The notes under the pieces were generated by a model that saw nothing but the letters and a program-made list of their open reading frames with translations, had not been told where the DNA came from and made no database searches. From assembly GCA_964510165.1 (NCBI GenBank), contig CAZEBC010000015.1, forward strand, positions 18,664 to 39,005: a DNA stretch of 20,342 nt, given 5' to 3'. Numbering within the stretch: the stretch's first letter is position 1; the number at the start of each line of letters is the position of its first letter. This DNA comes from an uncultured bacterium. GTDB taxonomy: Bacteria > Abyssobacteria > SURF-5. The translations under genes were made by a program, and so were the position numbers. Positions 1 through 8,797 of this stretch are shown piece after piece.

Positions 1-1877
1 GCGTCGGGATTCTCATAGACATTCACCTGTCCGGAGAACACCTTCTTCAGCCTGAACCCCTTCGGCATCGTGTTCGGCGGCGCCGGCTCGGGATAGAGAG
101 CGCGTCCGGGGTCCTCCACAATCAGCCGCGCTCCGAGAAGGTTGAGCATATGTGGATACGCACTGTCTGAGGCCCACCGAAGCGCGCCGGTGAACGGCAG
201 TTCGCGCGAAGGCAGGCCACCTTCCTCAAGATACGCGCAAAACTCGGCGTATCGCTGCAATGTGAGCGATTCATAGCCCGTCGTGGTCCGAATCTTCTCG
301 ATCATCCCGAAGTTCGCGTTGAGCAGGTAATTCTTCCAGTCGTGCGTCCGGCGAAAGATATGAACGCGATCAAGCCCCGCATGCTCCCTCACAAACTGCT
401 TTTCCTTCTCCATCTCGGGAAACACTTGCGGGGTGATCCAGGGATACGTGACCGGGTTCGACACGTAGAGCGAAAGGTCGAGCGCGACAAGAAGAATGGC
501 CAGCACGCCGACCGCCGACGCCGACCTCCCACGGGCGCCAATCAGCACGCCCACAAGCAGAATGAACACATATACTCCCGCGCCCCTCGGAACCAACAAG
601 AGGAACGCCGCGCACAGCCCGATGAACACGCCGCACTGCGCGAGGAATATCCTTGACGCGCCTTCCGAGTTTTCCAGCACGTCGTTAATGAGATGTTTCA
701 ATCCGATCGCCCCGAGCGTGGCAACCGAAAAGGCCGCCAGTATCAGCAGCCGGTTCGGGAGCCGGAACCAGTCCGATGTCGGCAATAACATGTAGATGTC
801 GAACAGCGGCGTGTGCCCGCCGAACGCGATGAGCGCCGACACGACCGCCATCGCGAGAAAGAAACCAGTGTCAGCCCAGCGCCCGCGCTTCGTGAGGGCG
901 AAGACCGCAAGCGCCAGCGTGACAATCCCCGGATACAACGTATATTGCTCCCACTTATGCGAACCCGGATTTGTCAACGCGGCCAGAAACATCGAGGGAT
1001 AGAGTGAGCCGCCAACGAGGACGGCCTCCCGCGTGAGCCCCCCTGTCGGCCGCGTGCTCAGCGCCGAGAGTTCATAGGTGGGCAGCAATTGGACTGCGAT
1101 CAGAAGCGCTGGCAACAATGTCAGTCCGAACAGGGTAAGAGCGAACGATCTCCCGAATGCGCCGGATTCACGCTTGCCACGTATGATTTCGAGCACTGCC
1201 AGATAAATGACGTATGCGAACGCGCCGTACAGCGTGTAGACGAACCCTTGCAGGTAGCCGGCGAGGAATTGACATGCGACGGCAACTCCCAAGAGCGCGG
1301 CGTCGGTGGGCCGCCCGCGACGAAACGTCCGGTGAATCAGCAGAAACACCAGCGGTATCCACGTATGGCACAGCGTTATATGTGGCCACGTGAGTATGTA
1401 TACTACAAAAGAGCACAGCATGAAGGCCGTGCCGCCGAACGTCGCTGACAGGTTGTCCCCGCCGATCTCGCGAACCCAAAGAAACATGAACGCGCCGGCC
1501 ACGAATATGTGCAGCAGATAAATCAGGCTGATGGCACGCGCGGAGTCCGCGAACCAATGAGGAAAGTTAAGAGGATAATACAACGCGGCCTGATACGTCG
1601 CCAGAAAAGGCATGCCACAGTTAGTGTATGGATTCCACAGGGGTATCTCGCCGACCTTGAGCCGGCTGAACCCGAACTCGCGCACGGGCAGATGATACAT
1701 GTACATGTCGGTGTTCGAGCCGGCCAAGATCTTGTCCTTCGCGTCGGTGTGCTGCACGTGCGCCCACCAGAAAATCGCCGCAAAACACACGAGCGCCAGC
1801 ACCCCCAGCGGCGCCGGACTCAGGCGCAGCGAGGGCCGACCCTTCTTCCTCGGCGCAAACACCTCGTGCGGAACCAC
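1..1877 (-). CDS. YfhO-family integral membrane protein (putative GT-C glycosyltransferase); 3' end lies beyond the left window edge
   Basis: Not in the ORF track because it has no stop in the window. Manual minus-strand translation gives GEIPLWNPYTNCGMPF (around 1610-1650), many hydrophobic segments, GYESLTLQRYAEF and GQVNVYENPDA near the edge, all typical of YfhO-like proteins. Start GTG at 1877 follows a GGAGG RBS; the frame is open up to an alternative ATG at 1985. The frame was spot-checked, not read codon by codon throughout. Confidence 0.8.
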   Translation of the reverse strand, partial: MVPHEVFAPRKKGRPSLRLSPAPLGVLALVCFAAIFWWAHVQHTDAKDKILAGSNTDMYMYHLPVREFGFSRLKVGEIPLWNPYTNCGMPFLATYQAALYYPLNFPHWFADSARAISLIYLLHIFVAGAFMFLWVREIGGDNLSATFGGTAFMLCSFVVYILTWPHITLCHTWIPLVFLLIHRTFRRGRPTDAALLGVAVACQFLAGYLQGFVYTLYGAFAYVIYLAVLEIIRGKRESGAFGRSFALTLFGLTLLPALLIAVQLLPTYELSALSTRPTGGLTREAVLVGGSLYPSMFLAALTNPGSHKWEQYTLYPGIVTLALAVFALTKRGRWADTGFFLAMAVVSALIAFGGHTPLFDIYMLLPTSDWFRLPNRLLILAAFSVATLGAIGLKHLINDVLENSEGASRIFLAQCGVFIGLCAAFLLLVPRGAGVYVFILLVGVLIGARGRSASAVGVLAILLVALDLSLYVSNPVTYPWITPQVFPEMEKEKQFVREHAGLDRVHIFRRTHDWKNYLLNANFGMIEKIRTTTGYESLTLQRYAEFCAYLEEGGLPSRELPFTGALRWASDSAYPHMLNLLGARLIVEDPGRALYPEPAPPNTMPKGFRLKKVFSGQVNVYENPD

Positions 1878-1979
1878 GAGTTCCTCCCTCAAATCGGGGA
1901 CACCATGCAGCGATCCATGCTCAGCGTCATAGGTCCTTGCGCAAGTCGCGGAGTCCCCGCTACCGTCATTCCCACCACC

Positions 1980-2005
1980 CGTCATTCCCGCAAAGGCGGG
2001 AATCT
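1980..2005 (+). repeat. CGTC-tagged palindromic REP-like repeat
   Basis: cgtcattcccgc-aaag-gcgggaatct: ATTCCCGC/GCGGGAAT inverted arms after a CGTC tag; a partial second copy (cgtcattccc) starts at 1964. Confidence 0.7.
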
Positions 2006-2093
2006 ACAATAACCACTCATAAGAGGTTCGCAACCAACTATGGCGCTCTGTACAGGCAATATTCGCAAACATGACCATGACAAAAACAAGTAT

Positions 2094-2123
2094 ATCATAC
2101 GCTCTTGAGCCGAAAATCGGCAA
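2094..2123 (-). promoter_or_regulatory. Possible sigma70 promoter for the YfhO-family gene
   Basis: Minus strand TTGCCG-18 nt-TATGAT in the divergent intergenic region. Confidence 0.35.
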
Positions 2124-2131
2124 CCGCGCCT

Positions 2132-2161
2132 TTGACGCAACGCGCCATCCCACTGTATTAT
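2132..2161 (+). promoter_or_regulatory. Possible sigma70 promoter for the FAD oxidoreductase gene
   Basis: TTGACG-18 nt-TATTAT. Confidence 0.45.
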
Positions 2162-2220
2162 GCTCTTGGTGTTTTTTTGTTGTTACTCAACCTGAATTCG
2201 CGAGTTTCTGTCGCGTTTTC

Positions 2221-2301
2221 TCCCTCACCCCAACCCTCTCCCACCGGGAGAGGGCGCAGTCATGTTTATCCTCTCCCACCGGGAGAGAGCAGGGTGAGGG
2301 G
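2221..2301 (+). repeat. BoxC-like composite palindromic element (CCCTCACCC...CCCTCTCCC/GGGAGAGGG family), copy 1
   Basis: Terminal inverted arms ccctcaccc / gggtgaggg enclosing two ctctccc-N3-gggagag hairpins; close reverse-complement copy at 13230-13309. Confidence 0.85.
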
Positions 2302-2358
2302 CTTTGGTTGCGGTTACGCTGCGCTGTGTTCTTGGCATCTTGGTAGCTGGAAGACTCT

Positions 2359-3492
2359 ATGAAAATCGCGGACGCCGTAATCATAGGCGGCGGCATTGCT
2401 GGCGCCAGCGTCGCCTATCACCTCGCCAAAGGTGGCTTGAAGGTGGTCGCGCTCGAAAGGGAACCTCTGCTCGGGTCCGGTTCATCGGCGGCGAGCGCGG
2501 GCGTCATCTACCATCATCTGCCCGAGAAGGTAAACCTGCAACTGAGCAAGAAGAGCATGCAGGCGCTGCTCGATTTCGAGAGCGAATTCGACGCGAAGGT
2601 GGATTTCCGACGCAGCGGCTGCATCCAGACAGCGGCCACAGCAGAGGACCACGCCGAGCTTGAGCGGACCGTCGAAGAGCTTGTCCGCATGGGAGTTGAT
2701 GCGCGCTTGCTTGAGCCCATTCAGCTCACCGACATTTTTCCGGGCATGATGGTCAATGACCTGCTCGGCGCCATTCATACGCCGAACGACGGCTACTTCG
2801 ACCCGCACGGAATGCTGCAAGGCTACGCCGCCGCAGCCAGAGATTTGGGGACGAAATTCCTGGCGCGGACGCCCGCGATCGGAATTGAGACGCAACACGG
2901 CCGCGTGACCGGCGTCAGGACGCCCGACGGTGTTATTGAAACGGGTGTAGTCGTCAACGCGGCCGGGCCGCGGGCGTCGGACGTTGCGCGCCTCGCGGGC
3001 ATGGATGGACTCCCCATCACGCTGGTCAAACGTCAGATATTCATTACGGCGCCAACCGGCGTCATTCCCGCGGATGCCCCGTTCTACTTCGACAGAACGC
3101 CGCCGTTCTACTTCAGGCCTGAGAGCGGCGGCCTGTTGATGAGCATCGCCGAGTATGTCGAGACGCGCACGTTCGATGTGAACCTCGACTGGAGCAGCGC
3201 GCCGATACTCGCCGAGCGCGCAGTCCGGCGGCTGGCTTCGCTCGACTCTATCCAAATAATGAGAGGTTGGGCCGGCCTGCGCTGCATGACGCCCGACCGC
3301 ACGGCAATACTCGGCCCTGTTCCTGAAAGTGTCGGCCCAAGAGGGTTTCACCTCGCCGTCGGCTTCAGCGGCCACGGGGTCATGCACGCCCCGCTCACCG
3401 GCCGAATTCTCGCGTCCATGATCATAGACCAACGCCTTGCGTTTTACGAAGACATCGACCTGGCGGCGCTCAAGTATGAAAGATTTGTGTGA
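2359..3492 (+). CDS. FAD-dependent oxidoreductase, DAO/DadA / sarcosine oxidase beta-subunit-like family
   Basis: 377 aa; N-terminal Rossmann motif VIIGGGIAGASVAYHLA, VVVNAAG, GWAGLRCMTPD, GFSGHGVMHAP. Confidence 0.92.
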   Translation: MKIADAVIIGGGIAGASVAYHLAKGGLKVVALEREPLLGSGSSAASAGVIYHHLPEKVNLQLSKKSMQALLDFESEFDAKVDFRRSGCIQTAATAEDHAELERTVEELVRMGVDARLLEPIQLTDIFPGMMVNDLLGAIHTPNDGYFDPHGMLQGYAAAARDLGTKFLARTPAIGIETQHGRVTGVRTPDGVIETGVVVNAAGPRASDVARLAGMDGLPITLVKRQIFITAPTGVIPADAPFYFDRTPPFYFRPESGGLLMSIAEYVETRTFDVNLDWSSAPILAERAVRRLASLDSIQIMRGWAGLRCMTPDRTAILGPVPESVGPRGFHLAVGFSGHGVMHAPLTGRILASMIIDQRLAFYEDIDLAALKYERFV

Positions 3493-3693
3493 GAGTTGCG
3501 CGCGTTGCGCGTTGCAAAGAGACACCGAGAACAAGATCATGCACACGATGAGGGCGCGGACCGTTATGCCATGCTCTTCGGAGGCGCCCGCCGTCCGAAA
3601 GTCTCGTATACAAGTCCTCACTGAAGGCAGCAAATCGAAAACTTTTTTGATGTGGCGGCGGAAGAGTCCGGAACGGGCGCCCGGTGACCCGGG

Positions 3694-5022
3694 TTACTCG
3701 AGCGGGTTTATGACAAGGCCGGAGAGGAGTTTGGGGTAGAAATAAGTGGACTTCTGGGGCATCTTTTCACCCTCGTAGGTGACGGCCTTGACCTGCTCGG
3801 GTTTGGTGGGGTTGAGGAGGAGCGCGATTTGGGCGTCGCCCGCGCGCACCGACGTCAGCGCGCCCGCGTCGAACGGCGTGTAGCGCACATGGTCTTCCTT
3901 TGGGAGCGCCGGGGAGCCGATACCGAGTATGGACTTGAGGATGACGGCTTCGGCGATGGCCACGTCGAGAGTGCGATAGCTTTCGCAGTGGGCCTTATCG
4001 ACCATGTTGCGGAGCTTGATGTCGTCCCTGGAGCGGAGCAGTTCGAGCTTGTCGCCGCCGAGGTAAAGGCCGAAGGCGTGCGTGGTCTCGCCGAGTCGGC
4101 CAAGGTCGGCCATCAATTTCTTGGCGGTTGTCTCGCAGTTGGAGCAGTCGAAGAACGAGGGAGTAACCTCGAAGTATTCTTCGAGCCTCTTGCGGAAGAG
4201 ATGTGGGTCGAAGTCTTGCAGGCCGTGAATGAGCCGATGAATCGGATAGATGGTGACGCCTTCGCCGTCGAGGTTGACAAACATCATCATCGTGTAGTTG
4301 TACGGGGCATCTTCGGAGTCCGCCGGTTTTTCACTTCGGCGGATATGGCGATAGATGAGGGCGGTCTCGTAACGGTGGTGTCCGTCGGCGATGATGATGG
4401 GCTTGTCTCTCATCTGGGACGAGATGTCGTCGATGACTGCGGGGTCAGTCACGACCCAAAGCCGGTTGCGCACCGCGTTGTCATCCACGAAATCATAGAC
4501 TGGCGGCGTGAACGCGATTTCCACTAGCGTGCTGTCAATGGAGCCGCCTGGCTGGGAGTAGAGCGAGAAGATGGGGCTGAGGTTGGCCTTGCATTCCCTC
4601 AGCAGGTTAAGGCGGTCGCGCTTGGGCAGCATGTGCGTTTGTTCGTGTCCGAGGATGGCGCCGGAGGTTTCGTCCTCGAGCCGGGCGAGCGCGATGAAGC
4701 CTCTGCGGACGCGGGGGCTGTCGGCTGAGTATTTGTATTCCTGTTCGTACACATAGATGGCGGGCCGGTCGTCTCTTCGGAGAACGCCGTCTGCCGCCCA
4801 TCCAAGCAGGTCTTGGCGGGCGCGTGTGTACTTGTTGTTTTGGGCGTCATCATCGGGCATGTCCTTGGGATTGGTGAGCCGGGCAATGTTGTTCGGATGC
4901 CGCCGATGGAGGAACTCGTTCTGTTCGTCGGTGATGACGTCATAAGGAGGCGCGACAATGTCTCCGGGGTTCACCCTGGAAGGGTCGTACCGAAGACCTC
5001 TGAATGGAATTATCCTGGCCAT
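3694..5022 (-). CDS. DUF1015 domain-containing protein
   Basis: 442 aa; family motifs IIPFRGLRY, APPYDVI, HEQT, IIADGHHRYETA and C-terminal MPQKSTYFYPKLLSGLV. Confidence 0.93.
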   Translation of the reverse strand: MARIIPFRGLRYDPSRVNPGDIVAPPYDVITDEQNEFLHRRHPNNIARLTNPKDMPDDDAQNNKYTRARQDLLGWAADGVLRRDDRPAIYVYEQEYKYSADSPRVRRGFIALARLEDETSGAILGHEQTHMLPKRDRLNLLRECKANLSPIFSLYSQPGGSIDSTLVEIAFTPPVYDFVDDNAVRNRLWVVTDPAVIDDISSQMRDKPIIIADGHHRYETALIYRHIRRSEKPADSEDAPYNYTMMMFVNLDGEGVTIYPIHRLIHGLQDFDPHLFRKRLEEYFEVTPSFFDCSNCETTAKKLMADLGRLGETTHAFGLYLGGDKLELLRSRDDIKLRNMVDKAHCESYRTLDVAIAEAVILKSILGIGSPALPKEDHVRYTPFDAGALTSVRAGDAQIALLLNPTKPEQVKAVTYEGEKMPQKSTYFYPKLLSGLVINPLE

Positions 5023-5118
5023 AAGCTATGTACACTTCACTTGCGCATTGCGGTTGACACTGTGAAACGATACTGGCAGGAATGAGTGTGTTCCGGTTCT
5101 TCTCGGCGAACGAAGCTA

Positions 5119-5147
5119 ATAATATCGGCGTCGCTCAGGTTTGTCAA
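5119..5147 (-). promoter_or_regulatory. Sigma70 promoter for the DUF1015 gene
   Basis: Minus strand TTGACA-17 nt-TATTAT about 100 nt upstream of the start codon. Confidence 0.6.
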
Positions 5148-5197
5148 GGAGAAAGAGAAATCCCCGCGAAGCCGAATGACAATTGATCCGGGGCGGC

Positions 5198-5761
5198 CTA
5201 TTTTTTCGCGCGCTCGACGAAGGAATTATCCCGCGTATCGATTCGGACGACGTCCCCCACCTGAAGGAATTGTGGCACTTTGACGACGATGCCCGTCTCG
5301 AGCGTGGCGCTCTTGGGAGATGCGGACGCTGTCGCGCCCTTGAGCGGGGGCTGGGTTTCGATAATCGCGAGTTCCACCGTGATGGGGAGTTCTATGCCGA
5401 CCGGGGTCCCGTCATGGAAGTCGACCTTCACCTGCGTGTTTGGCAGGAGATAATTGACCGCGTCGCCGAGCACGCCCTTCGGGATTTCGATCTGTTCGTA
5501 TGTGCTCGTGTCCATGAAGGTGTACGTATCGTCAGAGTGATAAATATATTCCATCACTTTGCGGTCCAACTGCACTGTCTCGATAGTGTCTTCCGAGCGG
5601 AACCGCACGTCGTAATAGCTGTTGCTCTTCAGGCTGTAGAGTTTGGCCTGCACGATGCCTCGCTTGTTGCCCGGGGTGATGTGCGTGATGCCGCTTACCC
5701 GGTAGAGCTGCTTTTCGTGCAGGATGATCATTCCGGTTTTTAGTTGAGTGGCCGATACCAT
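5198..5761 (-). CDS. efp: Translation elongation factor P
   Basis: 187 aa from ATG at 5761 (MVSATQLKTG...); EF-P motifs YTFMDTSTYEQ, GIELP, KSATLETGIVVKVPQFLQVGDVVRIDTR. The ORF track start at 5794 adds 11 non-conserved residues. Confidence 0.96.
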   Translation of the reverse strand: MVSATQLKTGMIILHEKQLYRVSGITHITPGNKRGIVQAKLYSLKSNSYYDVRFRSEDTIETVQLDRKVMEYIYHSDDTYTFMDTSTYEQIEIPKGVLGDAVNYLLPNTQVKVDFHDGTPVGIELPITVELAIIETQPPLKGATASASPKSATLETGIVVKVPQFLQVGDVVRIDTRDNSFVERAKK

Positions 5762-5868
5762 GTTGCTTGTTTTGTCCTCGCGTTTTCCGAACAAGATTAG
5801 ATTTGAGGCGAAACGCCGACAAAGCCGTTCGCCACGAAGCGCCGACTTCAGAACCTGGTTTCTTTCTT

Positions 5869-5897
5869 ATTATAAGACAGGCGGGTGAAAAAATCAA
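5869..5897 (-). promoter_or_regulatory. Sigma70 promoter for efp
   Basis: Minus strand TTGATT-17 nt-TATAAT. Confidence 0.6.
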
Positions 5898-5987
5898 TCA
5901 AGGAGGCCGCAAGGCCGCAAGAAGATTCGAATCATTATTCGACTTGCGCGAAAGTGGGTCATTTTATGAATGTCTTTCATTTTTCAC

Positions 5988-6015
5988 TTGACAAACGGAG
6001 TTTTCGTGGTATACT
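5988..6015 (+). promoter_or_regulatory. Sigma70 promoter for the radical SAM-TetR operon
   Basis: TTGACA-16 nt-TATACT with extended -10 TGn. Confidence 0.7.
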
Positions 6016-6033
6016 GACTGACACGTAAGTCAG
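6014..6033. promoter_or_regulatory. Palindromic operator candidate (TetR-type)
   Basis: CTGACT-gacacgta-AGTCAG overlapping the -10 element and predicted transcription start. Confidence 0.6.
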
Positions 6034-6051
6034 CGTGCTCAAGAAGCCCTA

Positions 6052-6087
6052 GTCGGACAGGTCAGACCAGTCGGACGGGTCCGACGG
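6052..6087. repeat. Four tandem degenerate 9-mers (GTCnGACnn)
   Basis: gtcggacag gtcagacca gtcggacgg gtccgacgg. Confidence 0.7.
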
Positions 6088-6138
6088 CGCGTAAACAAGA
6101 GTGTGAATCACGGACAGATTCAAAAGGGGGGTATCCGT

Positions 6139-7896
6139 ATGAAGCGCGTGTTGTTGACCAATCCTTACGGTCCGTACGATCTTCAATGGGGTGAGAATCA
6201 GTTCGACATCCTGAGTTCGCGCTTGCAGCGCGGGCAGGGGCCGTTCTCGCTGAAGTCATACACGCCGTGCCTGGCGTTGTATCTGATTGCGGAGAACCTG
6301 AACGCGCAGAGCACGGTCATGGAATTTCCGCATATCGAGGATTACGTTGAAGAACTCAAGAAGGGCTATGATTACGTCGGCATCCAGGTGATCTCGATGT
6401 CTATCAACAAGGTTGCTCGGATGGTGAAGATCACGAAGGAGGTTGCGCCACGGACCAAGATAGTGATTGGGGGCTACGGGGTGCTCCAGCTTTATGATCC
6501 GCCGCCGGGCGAGAAAAGCGGCGACGGCGAATACATCTTGAAGAACGCGGACCACATCTGCCAGGAAGAGGGCGTTCGGTTCATGCGAAAGCTGCTTGGC
6601 GATGAGCCTGTGGACCGGCCGATAACACAGAAGTATCTTCCGCTGAACGAGAGCCATTTCCCGGGGGCCGAGAGCTTCTCCTATTCGGCCAAGTCGATGG
6701 CGGCAATGGCGCTGGTAGCGCTGGGGTGTCCGAACGGGTGCGAGTTCTGCTGCACATCGGCGATGTTCAAGAAGCAGAAATTCTACGTGGCATCGCCGGA
6801 AGAGACGTTTGGCATACTGAAGCATTACTGTCGCCGCAACGGCGGCCAGGCGACGACCGTTTCGTTGCTGGATGAGGACCTGCTGCTCAACGCGGAGTAT
6901 GTGCGGAGCCTCGGGAAACTGATCCAGCAGGACAGGGAGTATGGGCTTCGTAAGCTGAGCTATTTCTGTTTCAGCGACCTGCGTTCGCTGACGCAGTTCA
7001 GCATGGAGGAACTGCTCGAGTTCGGCGTGGACTCGGTGTGGGTGGGCGTCGAATCGAGCTTCAACGATGTCATCACGTCCTCGCACAAGATAGAGAAGCG
7101 CACGTGCGACGATGTGAAGGCGACGCTGCATGGGCTGGCGCAATACGGAATCGGCACGACAGCCTCGACAGTGCTCGGCTGGGATTTCCACACGAAGGAC
7201 AACATCGTGGAGGATATCGACTACTTTGTCGGCCTGGCGCCGGCGGCGTACCAGATAACATTCCTGACCGCGTGTCCGGGCACCGAGTTATACAAGAGGA
7301 TGAAGGAGACGGGCCGGCTGAACCCGAACCTGACATACCAGGACATTCAGCAATGCAATCCCGGCACGCACAAGCTTGAGAATTTCGAGTTCGGCGAGTT
7401 GAAGCAGTATTTCGATCTTGCGCATAAGAAATTGTACGAGACAAACGGACCGGGCATCTTCCGCAGTTTCCAGATCAATCTCAACGGTTACGAGACGTGC
7501 AAGAATTCGCGCCGTCCTCTCTTGAGAGAGGAGAAGGCGCCGTTCTTTGCCGAGCGATGCCAGAGGACGTATCCGATATTGGAGGCGGTCGCAACGTATG
7601 CGCCCAGCGAGACGGTGCGGGAAAAGGTCCGGGCGGCCGAGGAGAAATATCGCAGTTTGTTCGGCGAGCCCACGGACGCGCAGATGCTGTTCAGCAAGGG
7701 CTTCCTCAATCTTGTGGAGCAACGAATCGAGAAGATGAACGAACCGCGTTCGCTGGAGCCCTTCGACCCTCCGATAAGGCGGATGTATTACAGTCCGGCG
7801 TGGCCGACCCCGAAGGTCAAACACGGGCGCGAGGCTGGCGAGCCGGTTCCCTATGTGATATTTGATGAGGCCGAGCCGGCATCGGCGGCGTGTTAA
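6139..7896 (+). CDS. Cobalamin-binding-domain radical SAM protein
   Basis: 585 aa from ATG at 6139 after an AAAGGGGG RBS; CxxxCxxC motif GCPNGCEFC; N-terminal B12-binding-like segment (YDYVGI...KIVIGGYG); LTACPGTELYKRM motif near the barrel end. Confidence 0.88.
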   Translation: MKRVLLTNPYGPYDLQWGENQFDILSSRLQRGQGPFSLKSYTPCLALYLIAENLNAQSTVMEFPHIEDYVEELKKGYDYVGIQVISMSINKVARMVKITKEVAPRTKIVIGGYGVLQLYDPPPGEKSGDGEYILKNADHICQEEGVRFMRKLLGDEPVDRPITQKYLPLNESHFPGAESFSYSAKSMAAMALVALGCPNGCEFCCTSAMFKKQKFYVASPEETFGILKHYCRRNGGQATTVSLLDEDLLLNAEYVRSLGKLIQQDREYGLRKLSYFCFSDLRSLTQFSMEELLEFGVDSVWVGVESSFNDVITSSHKIEKRTCDDVKATLHGLAQYGIGTTASTVLGWDFHTKDNIVEDIDYFVGLAPAAYQITFLTACPGTELYKRMKETGRLNPNLTYQDIQQCNPGTHKLENFEFGELKQYFDLAHKKLYETNGPGIFRSFQINLNGYETCKNSRRPLLREEKAPFFAERCQRTYPILEAVATYAPSETVREKVRAAEEKYRSLFGEPTDAQMLFSKGFLNLVEQRIEKMNEPRSLEPFDPPIRRMYYSPAWPTPKVKHGREAGEPVPYVIFDEAEPASAAC

Positions 7897-7905
7897 GGCA
7901 GAGAC

Positions 7906-8511
7906 ATGGCGCGAACACGAGCGGCTGAAATCGCGCGAGAGATTACCAGGAGAGAGCTTCTGGGCGCGGCGCTCGCCGTGTTTGTCGAGAAAGGTTATCC
8001 GGCGGCCACGATTTCGGATATCGTTGGGGCCGCCGGCGTGACCCAGGGAACGTTTTACCTCTATTTCAAGAACAAGGCCGACATCTTTTCGGCCATCCTC
8101 CAGGAATATCGGCATCTCATTATCTCGGGCCTGTTCGACGTGGACCTGAATTCGGTCAGGACCGCCGAGGACTGGCTTCGGATGGCAGACCGGATCGCCG
8201 GGTTCATTATCCTCCACATCAAGACGCATGGCGACTTCATACGCCTGTTCATGGCGGAGGCGGCGACCATAGGGTCCGGCTTTCTTGATGAGGCGAATGC
8301 CTTTTCGGCGGGGATCACGCAAGAAATCAGCAGACTCCTCCGCCACGGCATGAACATGAAGCTGCTCCGCGAGATAGATGTGGATGCCGCGGCCGTGGCA
8401 AGTATGGGCGCGCTCAAAGAAGCGATCCACCGGTGCTTCTTCGGGTCGAGAGACCCGCATGACATAATCCCGCGCGTCGTCCGCAGCCAGGCTCAATTGT
8501 TGTTGAAGTGA
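7906..8511 (+). CDS. TetR/AcrR family transcriptional regulator
   Basis: 201 aa; HTH signature AALAVFVEKGYPAATISDIVGAAGVTQGTFYLYFKNKADIF. Confidence 0.95.
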   Translation: MARTRAAEIAREITRRELLGAALAVFVEKGYPAATISDIVGAAGVTQGTFYLYFKNKADIFSAILQEYRHLIISGLFDVDLNSVRTAEDWLRMADRIAGFIILHIKTHGDFIRLFMAEAATIGSGFLDEANAFSAGITQEISRLLRHGMNMKLLREIDVDAAAVASMGALKEAIHRCFFGSRDPHDIIPRVVRSQAQLLLK

Positions 8512-8556
8512 ACTTCTCCACCCCCCTGCCCCGCCGAAACTTCGAAATAAAAACTT

Positions 8557-8578
8557 GCAGGCTGGAAGCCTGCGCTAT
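8557..8578 (-). repeat. Degenerate GTAG-type REP-like hairpin
   Basis: Minus strand atagc-gcaggc-ttcca-gcctgc: 6-bp stem preceded by a near-GTAG tag (ATAG), downstream of tetR. Confidence 0.5.
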
Positions 8579-8757
8579 AGGTTTCGACATAGATCCTTCC
8601 GCTGAGTGCAGTTGACATCTGCAACATACCTGTTGTGAATATCTACAATATAACTCTAAGGTTTTCAGTGTGTTACAAAACTATAGAGAAATGCATCACT
8701 TTTTGGGATTTCTTTGTCAATCTTATCAAGCATGGGGATATCGCAAAACATAAATGT

Positions 8758-8770
8758 TATCAAAGAGTTA
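8758..8770 (+). promoter_or_regulatory. IHF binding site
   Basis: TATCAA-AGAG-TTA matches WATCAANNNNTTR exactly, with AT-rich sequence upstream, about 28 nt before the -24 box. Confidence 0.65.
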
Positions 8771-8797
8771 CGATATGACCTGAAATGGGGCGGCTTC

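Noticed and set aside
342-2012. Plus-strand ORFs listed in the track
   Set aside because: Antisense shadows of the YfhO-family gene, with no recognisable motifs.
2071-2396. Short ORFs containing PSPQPSPTGRG / LTPTLSHRER (also around 12983-13349)
   Set aside because: Translations of the palindromic repeat, not genes.
2359-3492. Functional link between the DAO-family oxidoreductase and the GcvH-like genes
   Set aside because: Separated by over 5 kb, two opposite-strand genes and independent promoters; nothing in the sequence ties them.
2482-3633. 383-aa minus-strand ORF with a hydrophobic N-terminal stretch (GITVRALIVCMILFSVSL)
   Set aside because: Almost entirely antisense to the well-supported oxidoreductase; the short intergenic part could be a gene remnant but cannot be supported without a search.
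8633-8648. Rex operator (TTGTGAA half-site)
   Set aside because: The second half-site is imperfect and the spacing is 2 nt short of TTGTGAA-N4-TTCACAA.
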